Positions 30,171 through 38,539 of a stretch of 64,000 nucleotides of DNA are shown piece by piece. This stretch comes from Candidatus Poribacteria bacterium (GTDB lineage: Bacteria > Poribacteria > WGA-4E > PCPOR2b). The DNA is taken from NCBI GenBank assembly GCA_965208325.1, contig OZ242326.1:2880001-2944000 (forward strand), read 5' to 3'. Made by a program: the position numbers and the translations under genes. Under the pieces are notes generated by a model that worked only from the letters and a program-made list of their open reading frames with translations, had not been told where the DNA came from and made no database searches. Each line of letters starts with the position of its first letter. Within the stretch, counting starts at the first letter, position 1.

Positions 30171-30361
30171 GGGAGGCAGACACGCACTTACTGGAGGAAA
30201 GGCTTGGGATTCCAAAAGACCCCAGCCTATTCTTTTTAACGTGTCTGCCATAAGGTTAATTTCTATTTTGGATTTTGTAGGTATATCAAGGGTGACGGGG
30301 CGGGAGATGCGCTAACACGCAGAATTTCGTCAACACTGGCGCCCCCGCTTCCCGTCATAAG
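30171..30361 (-). repeat. Two tandem stem-loop family members with no ORF between them
   Basis: 30171-30255 (GGCAGACACG/CGTGTCTGCC) and 30290-30361 (TGACGGG/CCCGTCA), both ending CATAAG. Confidence 0.75.
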
Positions 30362-30442
30362 ATGAATCATTCAGCGCCGCTGATTACTATTCACGTCGGA
30401 GTATTCACCCTAACGCACTAATCGCTGGCGGCAAAAGCCGTT

Positions 30443-31657
30443 TTACGGCGACACCGCTTCGTTTGCGGCGAAAGGCACTAGGTTGCCGTCCTTGATAGTC
30501 AGCACAACCGGTTCGTAAAGCGCTTCGCCCTCCGCGTCAAATGAGAAGTGCCCGAGGTTGGTGCCAAAGTCGTGCACCGTAGCCAAAGCATCGCGAATGG
30601 ACATTGAATCCGGAATCGTAATTGACGCAGAATCCTCTGAAAATGTCGCCTCTAAAATCGCGTGGTAAAGGATGTAAAGCGCCGCGTATGACTGAGCTGC
30701 CCATGGGTCCGGCGCGATTCCGTATGCCGCTTGGTAACCGGCAACAAACGACTGATTCATCGGATTGTCCACTGTGCTATCCCAACCGGTGAAAGTGATA
30801 ACGCCGTCCGCCGCGGCGCCCGCTTGTTGAATATCGTTGATACCTAATTCCGGAACGATATAATCCGCCTCAATGCCAATCTCCCGTGCCTGTACCACCA
30901 CGCTCACGATTTCGGGAGCCAGACCTGAAACAAAGAGCGCGTCCGGGTTAACTTCCATTATCGCGGTCAATTGCGCTGTGAAGTCGGTGTCGCCGGATTG
31001 GTACGTCTCGGTCAACAACACATCCACGCCGCGGTTCAAAAGCGCCGCCGCCAAGTGTTCGTAGCTGCTCGTGGAGTAGAGATCGGCGTCGTCATATATC
31101 ATGGCCGCGCTTTCATAACCGATCGCCTCATGCGTAATGTTCACACCCGCCGGATTCATCTTATCTACGGCTAGGGCGGCGCGAAAAATGTAATCCCCGA
31201 TGCTGCTCAGACTGGCGGCGGCTGACACGGAACTTAAAACCACAACCTGATTCTCTTGCGCTATCGGGAAAGCGTGCTGGGCTTGATTCGATATGGCAAC
31301 ACCCACAATAGCGGGAACGCCCGCCTGAATCAGCCGTTCAAACGCGGATTCCATGCCGTCTTGGGTGCTCATGTCATCCTCGACAAGGAAATTAATCGTA
31401 AGCAGATTGTTCGGCAGCCCGTTGATTTCGTCGCGTGCAAGATTAAAACCGCGCTCCATCGATAGACCATACGGCGCAGCGTACTCGCCCGTGAGCGGCG
31501 CAACCAAGCCGATGTCAATCGAAGCAGGGGCTTCAATATCAGAACCGTCGTCCGTTTGGGTCAATAGTTCAGCTACTATATCGCAACCGCAAAGCCCGGC
31601 AACGAGACCGATAACCGCAGTTGCGAAAACGAATAGGGAGATGCCTGTTCTAATCAT
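30443..31657 (-). CDS. LivJ/K-type ABC substrate-binding lipoprotein
   Basis: Lipobox, IGLVAPLTG, GDTDFTAQL, AAQSY. Confidence 0.9.
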   Translation of the reverse strand: MIRTGISLFVFATAVIGLVAGLCGCDIVAELLTQTDDGSDIEAPASIDIGLVAPLTGEYAAPYGLSMERGFNLARDEINGLPNNLLTINFLVEDDMSTQDGMESAFERLIQAGVPAIVGVAISNQAQHAFPIAQENQVVVLSSVSAAASLSSIGDYIFRAALAVDKMNPAGVNITHEAIGYESAAMIYDDADLYSTSSYEHLAAALLNRGVDVLLTETYQSGDTDFTAQLTAIMEVNPDALFVSGLAPEIVSVVVQAREIGIEADYIVPELGINDIQQAGAAADGVITFTGWDSTVDNPMNQSFVAGYQAAYGIAPDPWAAQSYAALYILYHAILEATFSEDSASITIPDSMSIRDALATVHDFGTNLGHFSFDAEGEALYEPVVLTIKDGNLVPFAANEAVSP

Positions 31658-31854
31658 TGGGTGACTTTCCTTTGTTTGGATTTTTGGGTTATAGGTTTTA
31701 CGCCTTCAATACGTTTTAGGAAGTCCTCAACCTCATGGTGGGTTGGACGGCGTCCGCAGAGACGTTTGGCTGCGTCCGCGATGGTATCTAACAACTCATC
31801 CTCTTCGATTAGTTTTTGCGTTTCGCCGCGGAAATCTTCAGGAGAATCGCGCAT
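31654..31854 (-). CDS. Small hypothetical protein
   Basis: AAGGAAG RBS before ATG at 31854; ATGA overlap with the downstream gene. Confidence 0.55.
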   Translation of the reverse strand: MRDSPEDFRGETQKLIEEDELLDTIADAAKRLCGRRPTHHEVEDFLKRIEGVKPITQKSKQRKVTQ

Positions 31855-31915
31855 TGTTCTTCCTTTCACCACGCATGTAACGCCGTCAGTCGGCGTAATT
31901 GAATTTTGCAATAAA

Positions 31916-31991
31916 GGCGACGGGTGCAGGAATACTCTGATACAGAGTAAATCCGCAGGATTGGACCTTTTTTCCCGCGCCCCGTCATAAG
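31916..31991 (-). repeat. Stem-loop family member
   Basis: GGCGACGGGTGCAGGAA...TTCCCGCGCCCCGTCATAAG. Confidence 0.75.
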
Positions 31992-32012
31992 ACAACCATA
32001 TATGTGCAAGGC

Positions 32013-32198
32013 TTAATCCTTCTCCTTCGCGTTAATAGTCAACCGGCGAAGGTACTCAATATTCATGTCGATACACTTCCGAATAAGCGAGCCAAACGAA
32101 ACTCCGGTCGCGTTCTTGGCTTCTTTCAAGATAATTTCCTGCCGTTCCGTAAGGCGAATCATCACGTGGGATTGGGTGTCCTCTTTGTCGTTGTTCAT
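32013..32198 (-). CDS. Ribbon-helix-helix (CopG-like) protein, paralog 2
   Basis: Core near-identical to 3388-3585; preceded by stem-loop 32233-32302, similar to 3620-3688. Confidence 0.7.
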   Translation of the reverse strand: MNNDKEDTQSHVMIRLTERQEIILKEAKNATGVSFGSLIRKCIDMNIEYLRRLTINAKEKD

Positions 32199-32392
32199 GG
32201 ACACGTTATAGTACCCCCTTTCTTTTAACCATGAGCGACAGGGAACGGATTGACACAAGAGAGTTGGGGCAATGAAAAGTGCTTTACCCGCGCCCCGTCA
32301 TGCGTTGTTCGTCGGTAGAAAAACCGCACCCGGACCACGCTGACCGGGTTTGATAGACATACCACCTAAATTGCCGTGCTGCTATTAGTAGG

Positions 32393-33565
32393 TTATTCAA
32401 AGAATTCCAATTGACCATCGGCGACAATCAATATTTTCGGCTCGTAAACCGCATCCCCGACGGCGTCAAAAGAGAACTTACCGAAGACAGTGTCGAAATC
32501 CGCGATATTTGCCAATGCGTCACGAATTGCGGTTGCGTCAGTGGATTCGGCGTTGGCAACGGCTTCCGCCAGAACATGGAGCGTGGTGTAAGACCGCGCC
32601 GCGGAATTACTCGGCTCCACGCCGAATTTGGCGCGATAGTTCTGGACAAAGGCAGCATTTCCCGGTGTGTCGGCTGTGCTTACCCACCCGACGAAAGTAA
32701 TCGCCCCCTCGGCAGCCGCACCCGCTGCACGTACGTCAGCTATGGTCAAGGTTCGCATAACAAACGGCACCGAGTCGGGTATACCGAGTTGGCGCCGTTG
32801 GGTCAGAATTCCCGGTTTTTCCGGCGATAAAGAGGAGACAAAGATAATATCGGGATTTGCGTCCCTTATCCGAGATAATTGTTCGCTAAAGTCGGTGTCG
32901 CCGCCTTGAAACGTTGCTGTAACCAATACCTCGACGCCCTTCGCGGCAAGCGATTCCCTCACCGCCGCATCGCTATCCGTAGAGAAGACATCGCTTTCAT
33001 CGTACATCGTAGCGGCTTTTTGATAGCCGAGTTTTGCGTAAGTCGCCTCAATACCGCTTGGAATCAGCACGTCTGTGGTGAGAGAGACACGAAATGCATA
33101 ATCGCCAATCGCGCTGAGACCGCGTCCGGCGGATGTTGGGCTAAACGCCACCACCTGATTCTCTTGCGCAATCGGGAACACGACTTCTGCCTGACCCGAC
33201 GTGGCGGGACCGAGAATAACGGATATGCCATCCTGTTGAATCAGTTTATTGAATGCTTCAACCGCACCCTCAATGGTGCTTCGATCATCCTCTACGATAA
33301 ACTTGATGCTTCTCTCTCCGAGTTTTGAGTTGTTAATCTCTTCGAGAGCAAGTTCATAGCCGTTGACCGTGGGTTCCCCAAATGTAGAGGTAAGCCGTCC
33401 CGTAATGGGTAGCACAACACCGATGGGAATCTCTACACTCACATCTTCCATATCAGGCGGCGCGGGGAGGAGTAGTTGCCCAATCTGGTCACAAGCGGAA
33501 AGCCCAATTATGAAGAGGACTATCGCCGGTACAAACGAAAATGCTGTAATTCTTCCGATATACAT
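32393..33565 (-). CDS. LivJ/K-type ABC substrate-binding lipoprotein
   Basis: LSA-C lipobox, IGVVLPITG, GDTDFSEQL; likely start ATG at 33565. Confidence 0.9.
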   Translation of the reverse strand: MYIGRITAFSFVPAIVLFIIGLSACDQIGQLLLPAPPDMEDVSVEIPIGVVLPITGRLTSTFGEPTVNGYELALEEINNSKLGERSIKFIVEDDRSTIEGAVEAFNKLIQQDGISVILGPATSGQAEVVFPIAQENQVVAFSPTSAGRGLSAIGDYAFRVSLTTDVLIPSGIEATYAKLGYQKAATMYDESDVFSTDSDAAVRESLAAKGVEVLVTATFQGGDTDFSEQLSRIRDANPDIIFVSSLSPEKPGILTQRRQLGIPDSVPFVMRTLTIADVRAAGAAAEGAITFVGWVSTADTPGNAAFVQNYRAKFGVEPSNSAARSYTTLHVLAEAVANAESTDATAIRDALANIADFDTVFGKFSFDAVGDAVYEPKILIVADGQLEFFE

Positions 33566-33597
33566 TTTGACATCCGTTGTTTTGAAATGAAAAATTT

Positions 33598-33759
33598 GGG
33601 CAGACGGGACACGAATTGACATAGGAGTTTCGTTTCCATGGGACAATTTATCCGCACCCCGCCATATTAAGTTTTGGCGGTGACAAACAGAACCAAGGAG
33701 ATTGTATTATCCACAGCACTTACAAACTATGAGCAACACAAAAACTGTTTGCCACCATA
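33598..33759 (-). repeat. Tandem pair of stem-loops, homologous to 3620-3782
   Basis: Stems at 33598-33667 and 33676-33759. Confidence 0.75.
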
Positions 33760-33766
33760 CGAGAGA

Positions 33767-34351
33767 TTACTGCGATTCTGCCAACGCAATCACACCGCAG
33801 CCGATTCGCGCGCCGGCAGCCCCTGAGGGCTGGGACGTAAAGTCGTCGGCGCCGGCATGGACGATTATGCCTTTTCCGACAACGTCGCGGATGGAACCGG
33901 TACCGATTTCCCAAAGGTCTGTCGCCAATTCGATTTTGCCGGTGCCGTCCTCGCCAACCATTATATTGCCAATGTCTCCGAGATGAAATTCGCCCTCACC
34001 CCATTTGCCGTGGGAGGTGTTCGTCGGATTCCAGTGCCCGCCTGCCGATGTCCCGTCCGGTGCGCTGCAATCACCGTATTCGTGGATATGAACTGCGCGG
34101 AGCCCTGGTTCCGCGTTCTGAATCTCAATGGTCAGCGCGATTGTGTCTCCGATTTGTTCGAAAACCGCCGTACCGGTTACATTGCTTCCGCTTGTCGAAC
34201 CTATCGATGCGTGTGCCTGTTCTGACGGCGGCGGCGGCAAAAGGTCAGCCAAATCCTGTACCGCATCACAACTCAGAAAAGCAATCGAAACGGCAATCAC
34301 CAGTGACAGCATTAAGGCTTGTCTTCCAAACACGTTAACCCCTTTTTTCAT
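33767..34351 (-). CDS. sodC: Cu/Zn superoxide dismutase (lipoprotein)
   Basis: HIHEYGDC, AGGHWNP, HLGDIGN, IIVHAGADD, GARIGCG; AAGGAG RBS before ATG at 34351. Confidence 0.93.
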   Translation of the reverse strand: MKKGVNVFGRQALMLSLVIAVSIAFLSCDAVQDLADLLPPPPSEQAHASIGSTSGSNVTGTAVFEQIGDTIALTIEIQNAEPGLRAVHIHEYGDCSAPDGTSAGGHWNPTNTSHGKWGEGEFHLGDIGNIMVGEDGTGKIELATDLWEIGTGSIRDVVGKGIIVHAGADDFTSQPSGAAGARIGCGVIALAESQ

Positions 34352-34380
34352 CGTTAACTCCTTTCGCTTTACTCCATCAA

Positions 34381-34524
34381 ATGGTAGAAAACGTACCCGA
34401 GCTACGCCGCCCGGCTGCGCTCGATATACCACTAAACTCGGGACTATTCTTGCCCAAATAGGCGTCCTGTACGCCTATTCGGTTACTCGACGACTACCGG
34501 GGTTAACCCGGCTCTCGCCATAAG
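34381..34524 (-). ncRNA. Candidate leader RNA motif X, second full copy
   Basis: Homologous to 9755-9895; immediately 5' of sodC. Confidence 0.5.
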
Positions 34525-34655
34525 GTGGCGGGGAATTACTGCGATGGGAAAGGAAGGGTATTTCAGCCCCAATTAAAACCATCGCAGCCGCCCGTCATAA
34601 CGGGTTATCTGTTTACTTTGCCATTCACGATTTTCACAATCGCCTAAGCACCGCA

Positions 34656-34943
34656 TCAAGCTTTACCGCTGGAATTTGCTCTGTCCACTCGTTCAAATTC
34701 GCAACTAAGGCTATCCATAACAAGCGTAAGTACATGTCCGTCCTGCCAATGCGATAAGCAATTGACGAGCGTGTATAAAAAGTGTCTGGCATCTTCGGGT
34801 TTCGTTCCGACAGGCAATCGTATTTGACTAGTTCCAAGGTATAAATCTAATTTAAATAACCGAATCGACTTGATATTGTCCGCATTGATAAACCATATTT
34901 TGTCATCGTTGGCATTACAAGGGACAATGTAAATCCATCTCAT
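34656..34943 (-). CDS. Small hypothetical protein
   Basis: 95-aa ORF bracketed by two stem-loops; GAAGG RBS. Confidence 0.55.
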   Translation of the reverse strand: MRWIYIVPCNANDDKIWFINADNIKSIRLFKLDLYLGTSQIRLPVGTKPEDARHFLYTLVNCLSHWQDGHVLTLVMDSLSCEFERVDRANSSGKA

Positions 34944-35407
34944 GGGCTATTACCTTCGTTCGTAATAAGGCGGCGGGGACAGGAGCAGTGTTAGTTGTTC
35001 TATCGATTGGCTAGATTCCCCCACTCCCGTCATAAGCAAAACAGTTACGTTAAAAGGCGGCAGGCAACAGGGATAAGGAAGAATACGTTAGGCGATCGCA
35101 CATAACGCCTAATCATCAAAAAACCCTGCCGCCCGCCATAAAAACTTGACTTGCTTTCATTTTGCGTTTCACCGTCCGCGGCACAACCGGCGGTTGCGTC
35201 CGTATCCGCAAAATGTGCAAAGTCCCTTTCGCCCGCTGTGCGCGCCACTGAATAATTCAAGTGTATCCATGCCGAACTGCGGGCAATATGTTGGGACTTT
35301 TTTCAGACTGGGTATTTTTTAGTTTTTTTTTGTGTCTATATTCGTAACAAAACGCCTTTCGCGCCAGACATAAGAGCGTATTGGTTTAGATGTTCGTTAA
35401 AATCAAT

Positions 35408-35497
35408 CTAGAGGAGATGCTCTAGCATGAAAGTAACAACGCCAGCAAGTAATCCAATAATGAAAAAATAAAGGAGTAGAAAACCAAAATTGAACAT
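35408..35497 (-). CDS. 29-aa hydrophobic micropeptide
   Basis: GGAGG RBS; MFNFGFLLLYFFIIGLLAGVVTFMLEHLL. Confidence 0.5.
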   Translation of the reverse strand: MFNFGFLLLYFFIIGLLAGVVTFMLEHLL

Positions 35498-35845
35498 TGT
35501 TTCACCTCCATTTGCCGAAATAAGTGAGGGGGCAAGTGCGGGGGTGGTCGGTGTCCCGTTGATAAACATAGGAGCGCGCTTCACGTCATGAGTTGATACA
35601 TAGAGCATCGCAATCAGTGCCGCCCGCCAAACAACCGTGCCAAGCAATCAGTATGTGTTTCACCTAAGGCGGATTGATAGAAAGGGTGACGAGGGCGAGC
35701 GTTTGCGTTACACTCTGAAATCCATCGACAAATGAGTCCCCCGCCCCGTCTTAAGACCTCTGTCAGTATTGTTAATCCGACCGGTCTTGACGATCTCAGC
35801 GATACTTTATTCTCCGATTGAAGACAATGGTCTCTATCAGGAAAT

Positions 35846-36205
35846 CTATCCAACTTCCGCGTGGGCAGACCAAGTGCTAAATGATTCTCCTGATGCATCA
35901 AGCTTGATGTTCATCTTTTCACCCGGCGGCAAGGGCAAGTAGCTTGGCATAGTTGGGCCTAGTTCTGTGCCATTTGACAGATGGACTTCAACTCTAACGC
36001 GTTGCAGTGTACTGCTGGTGGTATTTTCTACCGTACCAACAAACGCCCTTGTTGCGGCATCGTAGTTGAGTATTAACCTTGCACCGCTTCGTACATCATC
36101 ATAAGTGTCGCCTTTGGCAAGCATTTGTAACGATTCTTCGTCCTCTACCGTGCCGCAAGCGAGGATAGCGATCAGCACCGTGAGTAAAACAATGTTGAAT
36201 TTCAT
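35846..36205 (-). CDS. Small lipoprotein with Ig-like (FxLYD-like) domain
   Basis: ILA-C lipobox; GTVENTT..TL.RVRVEVHL..G. Confidence 0.75.
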   Translation of the reverse strand: MKFNIVLLTVLIAILACGTVEDEESLQMLAKGDTYDDVRSGARLILNYDAATRAFVGTVENTTSSTLQRVRVEVHLSNGTELGPTMPSYLPLPPGEKMNIKLDASGESFSTWSAHAEVG

Positions 36206-36299
36206 TTGATTGTCCTTTTTTGTAATTTAAGCATACAAATTCAACTGGGGCGGAAAGGTATTATGTAGCCTACCATTTAGCTATTGCATCATGCCCTAA

Positions 36300-36994
36300 A
36301 ACAGAAGCAACCGCCATAAGGTCAATTTAAATAAAATATAGGGAATTCCCTTCCCTCCTTCTATTCCTCGGCGAGAGGGAGCGGCAGGCATCACGGAGCC
36401 GTGATGTCGCCTCCTGCTGCGGGAAGGAAAATTGGATGCGTCAATCTCTTGGACCGGCCGGATCAGAGAAAGACGAATTGGCTCTCATAGTATGGCACAA
36501 ACCGTGCCAACGGTCGGACCAAGGAAGGGTTCAACTCTGTAGAGACGGATAAATCCAGTGGTAGTCTAGGTTCGATGGATATGCGAAGCAGCCGGGCGGG
36601 CAGTTAGCGTGACAGGGTGCAGGTTGAAAAAGTATCAAAATGAGACTGGAAAGGCGTGCAAAAATAGAGGAATTCGGCGGGGAATCCTGTAATGACGCGG
36701 GATGCGGGCGTTTATCTCAAAATAGGACTGAGTCTCATTTTGGGACAAATGTAAGAGGGTTTAAGGGCGGACTATTTCATTCAAAAAAAATATCGTTTTT
36801 TTGGCACAACTTTTTCAAGTTTTATTTATTTTCCGGTAATTTCTGAGTCATGTGCGGCGCGGTTAGGAAACTGAATCTACCGGAATGGGCCGCGCAGTTT
36901 ATACAACTTCAATTTCCGATAAAGTGTTGATTGACCAATCTTCAATGCTTACACCGTAATGGACTAGTATGACTGTCTAACATTGGGGGTAAGT
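36300..36994 (-). repeat. ~690-bp non-coding module, copy 2
   Basis: Direct repeat of 10513-11203. Confidence 0.9.
36493..36509 (-). promoter_or_regulatory. sigma54-like -24/-12 promoter
   Basis: TGGCACGGTTTGTGC (GG-N10-GC) on the minus strand; also reads TGGCACAAACCGTGC on the plus strand. Confidence 0.6.
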
Positions 36995-37129
36995 TCAGTG
37001 CTGAAGCAGGGATTGAAACGCCGAACGGACAGCAGTCTCGCGTGTGGCACCGAGCCGATTGAACTGATTGAGCGCGGCGTAATAGTCTCTGACGGGTTTG
37101 TGGGCTGGTTTAAGATTAAGGTTTTCCAT
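36995..37129 (-). pseudogene. 5' fragment of a large type ISP/IIG-like restriction-modification gene, truncated at the module end
   Basis: MENLNLKPAHKPVRDYYAAL...ETAVRSAFQSLLQH*; stop codon directly abuts ACTTACCCCCA; family assigned from recall. Confidence 0.55.
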
Positions 37130-37227
37130 ACGAGACATCGTCGAGATTTGAACCTTTATCTACAGCAGTTGAAAACGCACTGAATCGGATTCTTTAACTA
37201 GAGACAGCGGTTGAGACCGATTACAGA

Positions 37228-38007
37228 TTACCTGCGATAACTACTCAATCCCTTCAGAGCATTCGTGCTCTCCGATTCTGATTTTCGGCGTTCTTCTCTC
37301 AGCGCCGGCGCAGATTTGAGGAGCAGACTCGCGGCTTGCAAGCGAATTTTTTCGTCGTCGCTGTCGAGCAGCTTGTCCAATACAGAGATTGCTTTTTGTG
37401 CGCGGGCAGAGACGGCTGCGATTTGCGCTTCGAGATAGGAGTTGCGTGCGGCTTCCAGTTCGCGCTTAAAATCCGGGTCGTGATTTCGCCACCGGTTGAC
37501 TGTCTCTCGTGTTTTACCGATTGCTTCGCCGACTTCGGCATCGGGTTTGCCTTCAATAATGAGCGGTATCGCTTGTATCTGCTCCTCAGTCAAACCGTAG
37601 GGAGTTGCGCCGCTTTTCAGCTTGGTTGCGACCAAAACTTTCATCTCATCCAGCAACTCATTGAACTCGCTATCTTCTTCTTGCGCCCACTCTAAGATTG
37701 TGCCTTTTTTCAATCTAGTCGCGATTTCAGCATCGGCATAGGAGACGTTGCTGAAAACGAGCGCGGCGGCGTGTTTTTCTTTGGTTTCATACCCTCCGCC
37801 TAACACGTTCTGGGCAATCTCGGCGATGAACAGCGGCTGTGTTTCCCACTCGCGAATGACGGCGGGGGACACGCCGACAGCGGCAGCAAGCTCTTGTGTG
37901 TCTCTTGTATCCCAGAGCGTCGCCGCCCAAGCCTGTTCTTTGCTGAGTTTCATCATCGGTTTCACCGTTGGTGCGGCGGCAGGTTTTGATTTTTTATTGA
38001 CGTTCAT
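37228..38007 (-). CDS. Protein with three tandem HTH (phBC6A51/terminase small subunit-like) units
   Basis: ELAAAVGVSPAVIREW, EIATRLKKGTILEW, EVGEAIGKTRETVNRWR..DPDF; AAGGAG RBS. Confidence 0.75.
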   Translation of the reverse strand: MNVNKKSKPAAAPTVKPMMKLSKEQAWAATLWDTRDTQELAAAVGVSPAVIREWETQPLFIAEIAQNVLGGGYETKEKHAAALVFSNVSYADAEIATRLKKGTILEWAQEEDSEFNELLDEMKVLVATKLKSGATPYGLTEEQIQAIPLIIEGKPDAEVGEAIGKTRETVNRWRNHDPDFKRELEAARNSYLEAQIAAVSARAQKAISVLDKLLDSDDEKIRLQAASLLLKSAPALREERRKSESESTNALKGLSSYRR

Positions 38008-38078
38008 TTATATCGCTCCTTATTCGGAATGTTGTAAAATAATTCGTTTAGTTTACGGGTTGTCCAACCCGTAACGGG

Positions 38079-38370
38079 ATATCACAAACCCTCACACCAT
38101 GTCACATATTGTGAGGTAACCTGTGACATTTCGGCTTTCGGCTGCAATACCTTCAGAAATCCGCTTTACATGCGGGTTTCAAAGGTTTTTTGAATGCTCC
38201 GCATTCTCCGTTCTATGTCACAAAATATCACATATTGTGAGGTGTCTGTGATGTGGGAAATGGCTCGCGTAAGATTGGCGGAAAACCGCTTGACGTAAGG
38301 ATTCAACGCATATTTTATTTCCATGAGCCACCACTGTATGTCACAAAACCTCACACAATATCATACATAT
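38079..38370. promoter_or_regulatory. Three clusters of TCACA/TGTGA boxes
   Basis: TCACATATTGTGAGG at 38102 and 38228, plus flanking RTCACA direct repeats. Confidence 0.6.
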
Positions 38371-38539
38371 GGCACACTGCCGATTTTTTGCCAAAAAAAA
38401 GGCGCACCATCTCCTTTGAAGGTGTAGGTCTCCCTCCACTAGAAAATGGTACGCCGTGATTATATTATATCAACACTAATTGATGTTGTCAAGTTTTTTT
38501 CTAAATTTATTACGTCGCGTCCGCCGGAATCGTTGCAGA

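Larger units (their letters stand above)
34524..35755 (-). repeat. Cluster of stem-loop family members
   Basis: 34524-34600, 34969-35036, 35056-35141, 35526-35591 (weak) and 35684-35755. Confidence 0.7.

Noticed and set aside
35026..35055. Chromosomal dif site (CATAA...TTACGTTAAAA)
   Set aside because: The spacer is 9 bp rather than 6, and the left arm belongs to the stem-loop family.
30171..36322. Stem-loop series as a CRISPR array or canonical attC array
   Set aside because: No identical direct repeats with regular spacers, no cas or intI gene, and the ends lack RYYYAAC/GTTRRRY.
36984..36998. IS91-type GTTC target at the module end
   Set aside because: GTTC occurs only at copy 2 (GTAA and GTTA at the other ends), and no HUH transposase is present.
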